A stretch of DNA of 64,000 nucleotides from an uncultured Mycoplasmataceae bacterium. Lineage in GTDB: Bacteria > Bacillota_I > Bacilli_A > Mycoplasmatales > Mycoplasmoidaceae. Position 1 is the first letter of the stretch. Each line of letters begins with the position of its first letter. The notes below the pieces were generated by a model, which saw nothing but the letters and a program-made list of their open reading frames with translations, had not been told where the DNA came from and ran no database searches. Location: contig CAMUZN010000001.1 of assembly GCA_947165235.1 (NCBI GenBank), positions 170,242 to 234,241 of the forward strand, in the 5' to 3' direction. Position numbers and translations under genes: made by a program. This document shows positions 13,217 to 25,480 of this stretch, in pieces.

Positions 13217-13696
13217 TTATTTCTTTATTGCTTTTAATCCATATAGTAATTTTTTAATCGGACCTAACAAACAAGAAAGAACCATTGAATACAATCCTTC
13301 CCTACCAGGAATAGAAGCAATCATTGGTAATTGCTCATTAGTAATTATCTTATTTTCTAAATAGCCAAATTTGTATTTAACTGTTTTATTGTCTTTCATT
13401 ACATCATAAAGGGTTTTAAAACCAATAATTTCATCATCATTACAAAACATAATTGCATTTGGACCTACCATTTCTGGTAAATTTTCCAATTTCATTTCAC
13501 TCAATGCTCGATTAAGGATATTATTTTTTATGATTGTGATTGATGCATTTTTTTCATGCATTTTTGTACGCATTTTTGTCATTTTTTTGACATCAAGACC
13601 AAAATATTCAAAAATCAAAAAAGACTTTGCTTTTTTAATTTTGTCAACACAATCAGTTGTTTGCTTTGTTTTAAGTTCAATAATTTTTTTTGGCAT
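13217..13696 (-). CDS. rplJ: 50S ribosomal protein L10
   Basis: A 159-aa ORF immediately upstream of rplL. Size and sequence are L10-like. Confidence 0.9.
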   Translation of the reverse strand: MPKKIIELKTKQTTDCVDKIKKAKSFLIFEYFGLDVKKMTKMRTKMHEKNASITIIKNNILNRALSEMKLENLPEMVGPNAIMFCNDDEIIGFKTLYDVMKDNKTVKYKFGYLENKIITNEQLPMIASIPGREGLYSMVLSCLLGPIKKLLYGLKAIKK

Positions 13697-13835
13697 ATTT
13701 ATCGTCTAATAAGCAAGAAATACAATAACCAATATCAATAATACTAAGCAATAACTAATATTGTTAGAAGATTCTACACCTCGGTAACAAATTAAGGAAT
13801 TATCCAGTTACTATCTTTGGTATATTGCTTAAATA
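13697..13835 (-). promoter_or_regulatory. Structured 5' leader of rplJL (candidate L10 autoregulatory leader)
   Basis: Nested complementary segments are visible: 13746..13753/13823..13830 (AAGCAATA/TATTGCTT), 13752..13756/13806..13810 (TAACT/AGTTA) and 13761..13766/13785..13790 (TTGTTA/TAACAA). Family membership has not been verified. Confidence 0.35.
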
Positions 13836-15173
13836 TTATAAAACAAAAGGGTAAACTATTAAATAAAATATTTTTTTTATCTTTTTAATTAAATTATTTT
13901 TATGTTTTTTAATTGGTATGCAATTGTTTATTTCTTCATTAAAAATTTTTAAAAATTGATTTTGTTTATTTTGAAAATTAAATCAAAACATTGGGTAAAA
14001 ATGCGATAAGAGAGAACTAAAATTAAAATTACTTGTTAATAGAACGATATCATCATCAATGATGATAAAAGAATCATTAATTTTTTTTGTTGTTTCTCAT
14101 CATAAATTTTTTTGCTCAAGTAAAGAATTGTTTAGTGAAAAATTAACAAGATAACAAAAATTAGAACACGAATTAAATGTTATGATTTTGACATCAATAT
14201 TTTTTTTGATGGCAAATTGTAATGCTAATTTTATTGGACTATTAGGGATAAAACAATTAGAAAAAATTTTAATCGATTTTTTTGCAGCATAGATCAGATC
14301 AAGTAATACTACGTTTAAATCTATTGATAATCCAAAATACTGAAAACAACTTTCTACTTCGTTTGAGTTATTTGATGTTGCTGCAAATAAAATATTATTC
14401 TCTTGCAATTGCTTTTTGTCAATTCAACCAAAAAAACATGATTTTAAATTTTCAACGATTTTATTACTAATAATAAAATTGTAATTAAACGAATTGTTGA
14501 AATTACCATATAGCGCTTGCCTACCATCAATTATTATTAGTTCACTATATGGATTAAATACATTAAGCACTATTGGAACTTTGTTTAAAACAATACTAAA
14601 ATTTCTATATTTTTTTGTGTCTTTTTTTTTAATATGCAAGTTGTGATTAATAAAAATTTTTATTTTTTTTGTTTTTGCAATGTCAATTAAAGTTTCGATC
14701 AAACCATTATTATTTAGAAAAGCATAATCTTGGTACGAAAAAATTTGGAGCAAAATCATTTTTTTTGCATTTCTAAAAAGTTCGTTTATTGTTTTTATCA
14801 AATTAGGTGTCGATGTAAAAATTAAATTATTTTTCTGTCATGACATATTTTTTCAATCGAAATTTTTTGTATTTGTTAGCGGGAAATTTTTTTTAATACA
14901 TTTATTTTTTTTTTGATTAACCACTTCCCAAATTAAATAGAATATAGCACCAAGTAATGGAAAGACAATAATAATAAAAATTAAGCGATTTTTTAAAATA
15001 CTATTATATTTTTTGTCGTTAAAAATGGTTAGACATAGTGAAACATTACCGAAGAAAATTATGATAAAAAAAACAATGAGAAAAATCATCATTTTTTCAA
15101 AAAAATAAAAATAATTTAAAAAATTTAACAATAAGAAAAATAGTGAAAATAGCGATATTTTTAATATATTCAT
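13836..15173 (-). CDS. Phospholipase D / cardiolipin synthase-like membrane protein with degenerate HKD motifs
   Basis: Fragments 14100..14408, 14424..14801 and 14853..15173 are all in one frame. I extended the frame through TGA TGA to a TAA at 13836, giving 445 aa. There are two N-terminal TM helices, then two PLD-type repeats: PYSELIIIDGRQALYGNFN and INDSFIIIDDDIVLLTSNFN. Confidence 0.65.
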
Positions 15174-15892
15174 TATTTTTTATTATAAAAATGAAAAAAT
15201 TTTTGATAGAAAACATTAATACCTAAACTGTTTTTTATATGTATGATTAATTGATCAATCAGAGGTTGAAAACAATTATTGAAATTATCGATTAGATCAT
15301 ACTTTTCTTTAAATAAAAAATAAACAAGTTTATTAAAATTTAATGGATAAAATTCGTTATTATTTTGTTTAAAACAATTTTGACAAATCAAACCTTTTAA
15401 ATTGAAATTCATTGTTTTAATCTTGTTCGAACCGCATAAAACACATTTATTAACAAATAATTCAATTCCTGATAATTTGCAAAATTTTTGAAGAACGATA
15501 AGTTGTGCCTTTTTATCATCGAAAGATGGATTGGTTACTATTGATAAAAGATTTTTATAAAAATTAAAATTTTTTATTGATGGATAAATCAATTTATTTA
15601 CTAATTCATTTAAAAGAAAAAAACTTGTTCGATAAATAGGTCAGTGAATTTGTTTAATAGTATTAACTTTAACAAGTCTACTTATCTTGTTTGGATCACG
15701 AGCGAGAAAAAAATTAAATTCACAATAATTACCAATTTGGAGATTACGTGCATTTTTGCTAGATATTTTTCGTGTTCCTTTTGCTAAACAAACAAATTTA
15801 TTTCCATAATCATTAATAAAAGTGATTATTTCATCAAAAGTATTATGATCAAGACGAGCAATCAAAAAACCCTTTGTTATTATTTGACTCAT
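15173..15892 (-). CDS. recO: DNA repair protein RecO
   Basis: Fragments 15173..15592 and 15641..15892 are in frame. There is an OB-fold-like N-terminus and a Cys cluster (CVLCGS...CQNC). It sits downstream of era, as in many Firmicutes and Mollicutes. Confidence 0.8.
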
Positions 15893-16783
15893 TTATTTGT
15901 TAAAATAACCTAGCGATGCCAATACATTTTCATCGTTTCTTCATTTTAATTTAACTTTGACAAAAAGTTTTAGCATAATTTTACAATCGAAAATTTTTAG
16001 TAATTCATGACGCGATTTTGTTCCAATTTTTTTTATCATTTCTCCATTTTTGCCGATAACAATTTGTTTTTGAGATTTTTTTTCAACAATTAAATTAGCA
16101 TTAATTGTTAGAAGTTTTTTTTCGGTATTGTATTCTTTATTTAAAATTTCTATTGCTAACGAGTGAGGCACTTCGTATTTCAAAAGATAAAGACTTTGTT
16201 CACGAATTATTTCTCTAATTAGAAAATCGTCATCATCAGCATTAGGAGTGAGTAAAATATGATCATTATCATTAGTCAAACTATAAATAAAATCAATAAG
16301 ATTATGAATATGCTTTTTATTGAATGAATTGATTGAAATTAAATTATTTGATTTTAGTTTTTTATGATACGAACATAGATTGATTGTTTTATTCAAATCA
16401 CTTTTCGTAAAAACATAAATTATTTTGGATATGGCATAACCTTTAATAATATTCAATAATATCTCATCATCATCAGTAAAACCTTTGCAAGAGTCAACTA
16501 GAAATAAAACAAAATTGACTTTTTTTAATGATGCTTTTATTTGTGAATTTAAAAAAGAATCAAGCTTTGTTTTTGGTTTATGAAAACCAGGTGTGTCAAA
16601 GAATAAAATTTTAATTTTATCATTTTCATAAAGAGCAGTAATTGAATTTCTCGTTGTTTGCGGCTTATACGAAACAATAGAAACTTTTTTATCAAAAATT
16701 TGGTTTATCAATGTGCTTTTCCCAGCATTTGGTTGACCAATAATTGCAATTGAACACTGCTTTTTATTATTTTTCATAGTCAT
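15893..16783 (-). CDS. era: GTPase Era
   Basis: G1 motif GQPNAGKST, G3 motif DTPG, NKxD-like TKSD, and a KH-type C-terminus. The track stop at 15941 is TGA; the real TAA is at 15893. Confidence 0.9.
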
Positions 16784-17222
16784 ATTTTTTTAAGTTCAAA
16801 ATTTGGTTTGTCAATTTGTTCATAAGATATCAATTTTTATTTGTTGTATGTGTATAACCAAATAGATGTAGAAGACCATGGATGAATAAAAAAGAAAAAT
16901 AATCAATAAATTTTATTGCCTTATTTTTAGCTTCTTTTACGCAAACTTCGTAACATATATATATTTCGCCTAGCAAATTTGTTTTTAATATTTTCGTATC
17001 ATTAAGAGCGAAAGACAGAACATTAGTTGGGGTATTCTTTTTATGATATTTTTTATTTAATTTTGTCATTTCTATTTGATTGATAACAATACAATCAAAC
17101 ACATATCTTTGTTTTACTTTAAGAATTTTCATTAATCGGTTGCACAAACAACGACATTTTGACAATATTTTTTTTTGTTCTTTTAAAAAATTACTACGAT
17201 CACTAATTGAAAAAATTAGCAT
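16767..17222 (-). CDS. ybeY: rRNA maturation endoribonuclease YbeY
   Basis: Zinc motif HGLLHLFGYTH. The track stop at 16830 is TGA, so I extended to a TAA at 16767 (151 aa). The 3' end overlaps the era start. Confidence 0.8.
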
Positions 17223-18076
17223 TTATTTTTAATGTAAGTATTATAAATTAGAGACGGTGACATTTTTATTTTAGAACCGATAATTTTGCAAGCATTTTTT
17301 AATGATATTTTTTCTATATCAATTACTTCTTTGACCATATCAATAATCTCTTTATTAGTAAGCAATTTCGGTTTTATTTCATCTTTTGCATGAGAATCAA
17401 CAATTATAACAAATTCACCCTTGATCGTGATTTCCTTAATTATCTCTTCATAGTAACCACGGTAGATTGTTTCATTGATTTTTGTTAGTTCACGACAAAC
17501 AACAAAAAAAGGATCATTAAAGACTAAAAAAATATCTTTTAATGATTCTTTAATACGATGGACAGATTCAAAAAAAACAATCGGATATTTTTTATTTATT
17601 GGTATCAACTCTTTTAATTTAAAAATTCGTTGTTTTTTGTTTGATGGTAAAAAACCATTAAAGTGGAAATTATCCAAATTTAACCCTGAAACAGCTAGTG
17701 AATGTGTAAGACTACTAGGACCATTTATTATTTCAACAAAAATATTATTCTTGTAGCATTCATTTATTAAAAGATAACCTGGGTCCGATATGCATGGATA
17801 ACCAGCATCAGAAATTAATATTGTTTTCTTAATTTTAATTTTTTGAATTACCAAATTCAATTGTTTTCTTTCATTAAATTTTTGGTAACTAATTAATTCT
17901 TTATTTTTAAGATTAAATTTTGCAATTAATTTTAATGCATTTCTTGTATCCTCACACAAAATACATTCACAATTTGTTAATGCTGTAAGAAAACGATCAG
18001 ATATTTCTTCTAAATTTCCAATAGGTGTTGCCAAAATTTGCAATTTTGTTTTTGTATTTTTTAATGAAAAAAACAT
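17216..18076 (-). CDS. rsmI: 16S rRNA (cytidine1402-2'-O)-methyltransferase RsmI
   Basis: 286 aa. The N-terminus LQILATPIGNLEEISDRFL...CEDTRN is typical of RsmI (tetrapyrrole-methylase fold). Confidence 0.85.
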   Translation of the reverse strand: MFFSLKNTKTKLQILATPIGNLEEISDRFLTALTNCECILCEDTRNALKLIAKFNLKNKELISYQKFNERKQLNLVIQKIKIKKTILISDAGYPCISDPGYLLINECYKNNIFVEIINGPSSLTHSLAVSGLNLDNFHFNGFLPSNKKQRIFKLKELIPINKKYPIVFFESVHRIKESLKDIFLVFNDPFFVVCRELTKINETIYRGYYEEIIKEITIKGEFVIIVDSHAKDEIKPKLLTNKEIIDMVKEVIDIEKISLKNACKIIGSKIKMSPSLIYNTYIKNKC

Positions 18077-18115
18077 TATTGAATAATTATATTTTTCAAA
18101 AAATATAATTTAGGT

Positions 18116-18424
18116 ATGAATATTCAAAATTTAATGGCACATGCCCAAAAAGTACAAAAAGAATTGCAAAAAAAGCAAGAGGAATTTTATAAAAAGGAAT
18201 TTGCTTTTGATTATGGGAATGGTGCGATTATTATTTTAATTTTAGGTTCAAGTGAAATTAAAAAAATTAAAATTAAAAAAGAATTAATTGATCCAAATGA
18301 TCCAATAACTTTACAAGAAATGGTTGCTGAAGCGGTTAATTCAGCATATCAACAAATTAAAGAAAAATTGGATAAATTAAATGAATCAGTAATACCCAAT
18401 TCAAATTTAGGTGGTCTCATTTAA
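18116..18424 (+). CDS. ybaB: Nucleoid-associated protein YbaB/EbfC
   Basis: 102 aa, starting MNIQNLMAHAQKVQKELQKKQEE. It lies immediately upstream of recR, which is the conserved pairing. Confidence 0.85.
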   Translation: MNIQNLMAHAQKVQKELQKKQEEFYKKEFAFDYGNGAIIILILGSSEIKKIKIKKELIDPNDPITLQEMVAEAVNSAYQQIKEKLDKLNESVIPNSNLGGLI

Positions 18425-18427
18425 TTA

Positions 18428-19027
18428 ATGAAACCAAAAGAATTTGAATATCTAATCGATGCTATAAATAGTTTACCTTCTATTGGAGGGAAGGTTGCTG
18501 AAAAAATTGCTTATTTTTTGATTAACCAAGATGAAAAATATCTTTGTGAATTTATTAATCGAATCAAGCAAGCAAAGTTAAAAATTAAATATTGTGAGCA
18601 ATGTAATAATTTTAGCTATGAAAAACTTTGTCCAATTTGTTTAAATAATGAAAGAGATAATAAAAAGCTTTTAATTGTAAATAATATTAATGAATTAAAT
18701 AAAATTGAAGCAACAGGAGTGTTTGATGGGATTTATTTTGTTTTGAATGATGAAATTAATGTTAAAACTAAAAAAAATATTAATGAAAAAATTATTAAAA
18801 AATTGGTTTTATTATGTAAGAAAAAAATATTTAATGAAATAATCATTGCGACAAATTTTACAATCAATGGTGAAGCAACAAATATTTTTATAAAAAAATT
18901 ATTATCGCAAATTTTACCTAATGCAATTTTCTATAAATTAGCAATAGGTTTACCAATTAATTCAGCTCTAGATTATGCTGATGATATTACATTAAAAGCA
19001 GCAATTAAAAATAAAATTAAAGTATAA
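18428..19027 (+). CDS. recR: Recombination protein RecR
   Basis: 199 aa, with a helix-hairpin-helix N-terminus (LPSIGGKVAEKIAYF), a C4 zinc finger (CEQCNN...CPICLN) and a Toprim-like region. Confidence 0.9.
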   Translation: MKPKEFEYLIDAINSLPSIGGKVAEKIAYFLINQDEKYLCEFINRIKQAKLKIKYCEQCNNFSYEKLCPICLNNERDNKKLLIVNNINELNKIEATGVFDGIYFVLNDEINVKTKKNINEKIIKKLVLLCKKKIFNEIIIATNFTINGEATNIFIKKLLSQILPNAIFYKLAIGLPINSALDYADDITLKAAIKNKIKV

Positions 19028-19032
19028 AAAAA

Positions 19033-19105
19033 GCACCGCACATTTGCTTAACTTAGTGCTGCTCCATTCCTGGCCTAACACGGTTCGTACCACAAATTGC
19101 GGTGC
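19033..19105 (-). ncRNA. ffs: Signal recognition particle RNA (small 4.5S type)
   Basis: The minus strand reads GCACCGCAAUUUGUGGUACGAACCGUGUUAGGCCAGGAAUGGAGCAGCACUAAGUUAAGCAAAUGUGCGGUGC. The terminal helix is GCACCGCA/UGUGCGGUGC. The apical hairpin CCA-GGAA-UGG is flanked by GUUAGG and GAGCAGC, which matches the domain IV consensus. Ends are accurate to about 5 nt. Confidence 0.8.
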
Positions 19106-19120
19106 AAAAGAATTATAGTT

Positions 19121-21013
19121 TTATTTCTTTTTTTTTATTTTAAAATTCGCTATTTGGTGGTAAATCATTTCATTATTTTTTTGTAGTTTGTTTTTATCGA
19201 TATTTGTATCGTTTAAGATTTTATATTTATTTTCTTCATATCGTAAACGATAACAAAGTTCATCAATTTTTTTTACTAATTTTAGAATCTCTTCCTGATT
19301 TTTTTGTTGATTATCTAAAACAATTTTATTTTTTTTTAGTCAATTTACTTCATCAATTTGTGACAAAATAAAATTGTAAGAATTCATCGTAATATAACCA
19401 TTTTTTACCAAATCGACAATGGTTTTTTCAATTGGAATATTCGGTGTGGAACCAACCTTTTTAATAAAATGAATAATCTGATTTAAAAAATCAAATTCCA
19501 TTTCCTTGTGATTCAATTGTTCATAAACATTAATGGCAATAGTAGGTGATAAGATTACATATTTAACTAGATATTTTAATGATCGTTTTAACGATTGAAG
19601 AAGTGGAAAACATTGGGTTGCAACCGCTCCATCCTTTTTTGAATTATCTCATTTTTCTAGTAATATTTGTTTTTTAACACTATATTTTTGTTTCGCAATT
19701 TTTTGGTATGTATTTTTTAAGTCTTCTAAATCAAATTTTGTTAATTTAGCGATTAAATTAATATATTTACTCCAAAATAAACTATTACCATAATTTGCAA
19801 GTAAAGATAATATATCATGAATAATTGTATTGGCATTAAGATACTTCATTTCTTGACAAATAGTCTTTATATAAAAAGAAATATAATCGTCATTTCTTGG
19901 ATTATTAAGACAATTTAATACTTCATTTTTACCAAAATTTACCAAAATCTCATTAATATCTTTTACTTTTTTTTCGTTATTAACAATAAATACATTGTAG
20001 TTTTCTTTTAAAAATTTCATTCCATTAACAATTGTTGATTTTTTACCAGCTAAATCATTATCAAATCATAATAAAATATTTCTAATAAATTTTGATTGTT
20101 TAATTAGTTTTATATGCTCAGTTGTAAGAGCCAACCCCATTAAAGCAATTACTCCATAATCTTTCTCATTTAAACCAGCTTCATACAATGAAATCAAATC
20201 GATATTTCCTTCAACAATAATCAATGTTGCTGGGTGATTTGAACAAACATTTTCGTAATTAAATAAATTATTTGATTTTGAGAATAAAATAGTTTCTTTT
20301 GATAATAAATATTTTGGTGTCTTTTGTTCTATTGTTCGACCGATAAAACCAATAATGAAACCATTTTTATCTTTAATAGGAAAAGTTATTCGTTGGTAGA
20401 AGTAATCAGTAATTTTTTGTGTTTTTTCATTAATTGAAATTAATGATAATTTAAATAAATCATCGTCATTAAAATTTTCATCTTTCTTATTGATAAGAAG
20501 ATTACGGACGAATGCTTGATCATCGTTATGTCCACAAAATCCAATTTCAAAACGATCAATTGTTTTTAAAGATAATTTTCGTTCATTTAACAAGTAATTT
20601 AAATATTTCTTATTTGCTTCACTATGTAGTAAAAGTTTAAATATTTCGTTTGCATTTGCACACAAGGAATGGAAACGGATAATTTTTGTTGGAGTTTTAT
20701 TTTGTTTGTTTGAAAAAAAATATTGATCGATTTTTTCTTGCGAGTATCCTAAAGTAACAGCTAATTCCTTGACAGCTTGCATAAACGAAATTTTCTTGAA
20801 TTTTTGAACGAATGTAATTACATTACCAGTTGCCCCGCAAGAAAAACATTTATAGATTTTCTTTTTTGGTGAAATAGACATTGAAGGATTAGTATCAGGG
20901 TGAAAAGGACACAAACAAAAATAGTTAGCACCACTTTTTTTTAATTTAACATACTTTCCAATAATATCAATAATATTTGTATGTTCAATAATTTCACTAA
21001 TTAAGCTATTCAT
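19121..21013 (-). CDS. dnaG: DNA primase
   Basis: Fragments 19649..20020 and 20066..21013 are in frame. I extended through TGA to a TAA at 19121 (630 aa). Zinc finger CPFHPDTNPSMSISPKKKIYKCFSCG and Toprim motif IVEGNIDLISL are present. Confidence 0.9.
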
Positions 21014-22394
21014 TAATTATTTTTTTAAATAAAAAATTATTAATTTCACTAATTTTTATTCGTTTTTGTTGCATTGTATCACGATGACGAATTGTTACAC
21101 ATTGATCATTTGCTGTTTCAAAATCAATTGTAAGACAATAATATGTCCCCATTGCATCTTGTTTTCGATACCTTTTTCCAATTGAACCAGAAGAAGCAAA
21201 TGTGGCAGAAATATTAGCATCTAAAATTTGATGGTATATTTTTTTAGCATCATCAACCAAAGATATTGATAATGGTAAAACAGCTACTTTGTATGGACAT
21301 AATTCATAACTAAGACACAAAACTTCTCGATAATTATCATCGTCAATTTTTTGGTGTGTATAACTATCACAAACTATTGCATATAATAAACGTTCAACGC
21401 CAACGGATGGTTCAATAACATATGGAATTATTTTATTTCCATTTTTAGGGTCAAGGTATGTTAAATCCTTACCACTATTTTTCTGGTGATTCTGTAGGTC
21501 ATAGTCAGTTCGGTTGGCCAAACCTCATAATTCGGATCAACCATGCGGAAAATTATATTGAAAATCAATTGTTTTTTTTGCATAGTGACTCAAGTCGTTT
21601 TTGGGGTGTTCATAAGTCTTAATTTTTTTTTTATTAAGTTTCAATTTTTCCAGTAAAAACATATTAATTTCGTTAAAAAAGAAATTGAAAAATTCCTCAG
21701 CTTGTTGTGGAAAACAAAAAAACTCAATTTCCATTTGTTCAAATTCACGTGTGCGAAAAATGAAATTACCAGGTGTTATTTCATTACGAAAAACTTTACC
21801 AATTTGTCCAACACCAAAAGGTAATTTTAAATTTGTTGTTCGTTTGATATTACTAAAATTGATAAAAATACCTTGAGCTGTTTCGGGGCGCAAATATAAT
21901 GTATTTTCATTATCTTTAACAATACTTTGATTCGTTTGAAACATTAAATTGAATTTTCGAATTTCGGTTCAATCTTCATGATGACAATTAGGACATTTAA
22001 CATGATTTGTTTGGATTATTTTTTGTAAAGTTTCTAATGATGTATTTTCATTAATATTTGCATTTTTAATTTGGGCATTAATGATTTTGTCAGCACGAAA
22101 TCTTTTTTTGCAATATTTACAATCAATTAATGGGTCAGAAAAGGATTCAATATGTCCAGAGGCTTTTCAAACATTAGAATTTAATAAGATTGCTGAATCT
22201 AATCCCACCATATTTTCTTTTGAAGTAATAAAATATTTTCATCATAAAGATTTAAGATTATTTTTTAATAAAACACCAAGTGGTCCATAATCCCAAGCAT
22301 TAGCTAAACCGTTATATATTTCACTACATGGAAAAATAAAACCATATCTTTTCAAAAAATTAACGATTTCCTCTTGTTTAATAGTTTTTTCCAT
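21006..22394 (-). CDS. glyQS: Glycine--tRNA ligase (alpha2 type)
   Basis: Fragments 21006..21521 and 21537..21944, plus the upstream part, are all in frame with the ATG at 22394 (462 aa). Contains WDYGPLG and [11 protein letters not shown]. Confidence 0.9.
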
Positions 22395-22430
22395 CGTGAA
22401 CTTTACATTAATTATATTAAAGCAAAAATG

Positions 22431-22470
22431 ATAAAAAAAGAGTAATTTGATTAGATTACAATCAAATTAA
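22431..22470 (-). terminator. Intrinsic terminator after ftsH
   Basis: A 9-10 bp perfect inverted repeat, TAATTTGATT/AATCAAATTA (22443..22469), abuts the ftsH stop. It is followed on the minus strand by a U-tract (plus-strand A-run at 22432..22439). Confidence 0.6.
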
Positions 22471-24567
22471 TTAAGATTTGCTAATTTCTTTTTTCCTTGC
22501 TATAGCTTCTGGTGGTAAAGCAAGATTTTTATGAATATAATCGATTTGTTCCTTTACAATTGTTTCAAGAATCATTAAAGACTCAACAAGCAAATTTAAT
22601 TCCTTTTTATTATTTTTAATAATCTTAATAGCATTACTATATTCAATTTGAATAATATTTTCTATTTCTTTATCAATCTTAAGAGCAGTTTCGTTTGAAT
22701 AAAATTTTTGTTCAAAAGGTAATTTTGTTTCTTGGTATGGAACAAATTGGGTCATCCCTGCTTCACTCATTCCTAATTGTGTAACCATTGTTTTGACAAT
22801 ACTAGTTGCTTTATATAAGTCATTGATTGCTCCAGTTGATATAGCATCTTTACCGAATTTAACTATTTCAGCTGCTCTTCCCCCTAAAGCCATGCGGACA
22901 ATAGCAAGTAAGTCTGATTTCTTCTTAATTGCTATTTCTTGTTTTTCTGGAGCCGATAACATATAACCAGCAGCAGCACCACGAGGAATAATTGTAATTT
23001 TTTCTACAACTTCACCGCCTTTAGTAAAAAGACCAACTAAAGCATGACCGGCTTCATGTGTTGCGATTTGTTTTTTTTCTTCTTCCGAAATTACTCTTGT
23101 ATGTTTTGCCGGTCCGGCCATTACTCGATCAATTGCTTCATCAATATCTGCTATTGTGATTACATTTTTATTTTGGCGGACAGCGAGTAATGTTGCTTCA
23201 TTTAAAACATTTTCTAATTGTGCTCCGGAAAAACCAGGGGTACGACGTGCAATATCATTTAAATTAATTTTTGTCGATAAATTTTTATTTTTTGCATGCA
23301 TTTTTAAAATTGCTTCTCTTTCTTTAATATCTGGTAAATATACTTGGATAATTCTATCGAATCGACCAGGACGTAAAATTGCTTCATCTAAAGTTTTAAG
23401 ACGATTGGTTGCAGCCATTACAACAATTCCAGTTTTTGTATTAAATCCATCCATTTCGGCAAGTAATTGATTAATTGTTTGATCAACAAATCCTCCACCA
23501 ATAGTTGTGTTTTGACCTCTTTTTGCAGCAACAGAATCAATTTCATCAATAAAGATAATGGCTGGGGCAGCTTTTTTTGCTTTTGCAAATAAATCTCGTA
23601 CTCTTTTAGCCCCAACTCCTACAAATGTATCTTCGAAACTTGAACCTGATACTTGGAAGAATGGAACTTTTGCTTCTCCTGCAACTGCTTTAGCTAGTAA
23701 TGTTTTTCCTGTTCCTGGCGGACCATACAATAATACACCTCTTGGTGTTCGTGCACCCATCGCCACATATTTTTCTGGGTTTCTTAAGTAATCAACTATT
23801 TCAATTAGTTCAGATTTTTCTTCTTCAATTCCCGCAACATCTTTAAATTTAACATTACTTTTTGCCAAAATTGATTGATTTTTACCTAAACTAAATATAT
23901 CATTTCCATTCTTTCCTTTAGAAATTTTTGAAAAAGTCAACATTGAAGAAAACAAAAGGTAAACAAGTAAAATTGATGGTAATGAATGTAAAACAACATA
24001 AAAAATATTTGAACTAGGACTAGGTAAATGGTCTGCATTAGTTGTTACATATGTAATTCAGGTTTCAAATAACGAATAAGCTTCTTGAGAAGAGTTTGAA
24101 TTTTCAACAACATCTTTACCACCAATTAAAACAATTTTCTTATTTTTATTTTCATTTTTAGGCTCAACAACAATTTTAAATTCTATTTCTTTTGCTCCTT
24201 GTGGTTTACCATGGAAACTATATGTTGTTTTTTGTTGATCGCTTTGGAAATAGTAGGCAAAACATTCATCATATTTTAACGTTTTTTTATCTTTGCCCGT
24301 ATAATAAATTTTTTTATTTATTTCTTGTGGTAAACTAATGTCCAAGTAATAACCATTATCATCAGTTTTAATTGTTGCATGTAAGGGCTTGACAGGATTA
24401 TATTTAGGAAAGCTAGGTCAAATAAGCATAAAAATAATACCACCAATGATACCAATCCTTATAATTCAAGATAAAATTTTTTTTAATCAATTTGCATCAC
24501 TTAAAGGATTAAATGGTTTTGGATTTTTGTGAAAATCGTCTTTCTTTTCGTTATTTGAACAACCCAT
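22471..24567 (-). CDS. ftsH: ATP-dependent zinc metalloprotease FtsH
   Basis: Fragments 22471..23955 and 24058..24345, plus the N-terminus, are in frame with the ATG at 24567 (698 aa). Walker A GPPGTGKT, SRH region and HEAGHA zinc site are present. Confidence 0.95.
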
Positions 24568-24584
24568 ATATGTATTAATATTAA

Positions 24585-25133
24585 TTATATTTTATTAAGA
24601 TAGTCACGATCAAATTCTGCAATATATGGTAAATTACGTGCTTTTTCTTTAATATCCAAACCAAAACCAACAATAAAAACATTGTCAACACAAAAGGCGG
24701 CAAAATCTGGTTTTAATGGAACTTTTCTTTCACTTGGTTTATCAACTAAGACAACAATTTTTATTGATTTTGGCTTTTTTGTCATTAGGTAAGAAATTAA
24801 AACTTTCATTGTTCGAGCAGAATCTAAAACATCATCAACAATGATAATGTCTTTTCCAGTAATATTTGTTTTAACATCGGTAATAATTGTTGGTTTGGAT
24901 TGCCTTTTCACTTGGCCTTTAAAACTAGAAATAACAATAAAATCGGTAAGAACATTAATTTTTAGTTGTGGTAAAAGATTACCAAAAAAAGGCATAGCAC
25001 CCTTTAAAATTCCAATTAAAATTGGTGTTTTCGTTGCATAATTTTTATTTATTCATTTTGCAGCACATTTAATTCCTTTTTTAATTTTCCTAGGACTAAT
25101 AATTATTTTTTTAACATATTTTGGTTTAAACAT
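24585..25133 (-). CDS. hpt: Hypoxanthine phosphoribosyltransferase
   Basis: Track ORF 24585..24995, extended across TGA to the ATG at 25133 (182 aa). PRPP-binding motif DIIIVDDVLDSARTM is present. It lies downstream of ftsH, as in Firmicutes. Confidence 0.85.
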
Positions 25134-25206
25134 AATAAACTAAAGATAATTATTAATTATATCTATCATTAAAATCAATCGAATTAGGTGTTAAGTAATA
25201 AGTTAA

Positions 25207-25464
25207 TTAATGCTTGTTATTTAATTTAATTTTTGTTAGAAATTTTGCAATTTGGTCAGGACAACTTGTTGATTTAAATCCACATTTAATTCCCTTTAGT
25301 AATTTAATAGTTTCATCAATTGTTTTACCAATAATTAGTTTACTCACAGCCTGAGTATTACCTGAACAACCACCAATTATTTGAAAATGAGAAATAATAT
25401 TATTTTCAATTTCAGCAATCATTTTCATTGAGCAGACACCTTTAGGAATATATGTATATACCAT
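25207..25464 (-). CDS. TSCPD-domain small protein (TIGR03905-like)
   Basis: 85 aa containing GGCSGNTQA and the literal KSTSCPDQ motif. Confidence 0.7.
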   Translation of the reverse strand: MVYTYIPKGVCSMKMIAEIENNIISHFQIIGGCSGNTQAVSKLIIGKTIDETIKLLKGIKCGFKSTSCPDQIAKFLTKIKLNNKH

Positions 25465-25480
25465 ATTGGAAAATATTATA

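Noticed and set aside
23156-23791. ORFs 23156..23470 (+), 23418..23615 (-, other frame) and 23558..23791 (+) inside ftsH. Similar cases are 28474.., 29425.. and 30071.. in gyrA; 31039.. and 31149.. in gyrB; and 50739..51116 in hisS.
   Set aside because: They are overlapping or out-of-frame shadows of highly conserved genes. The conserved-motif frame accounts for the whole region.
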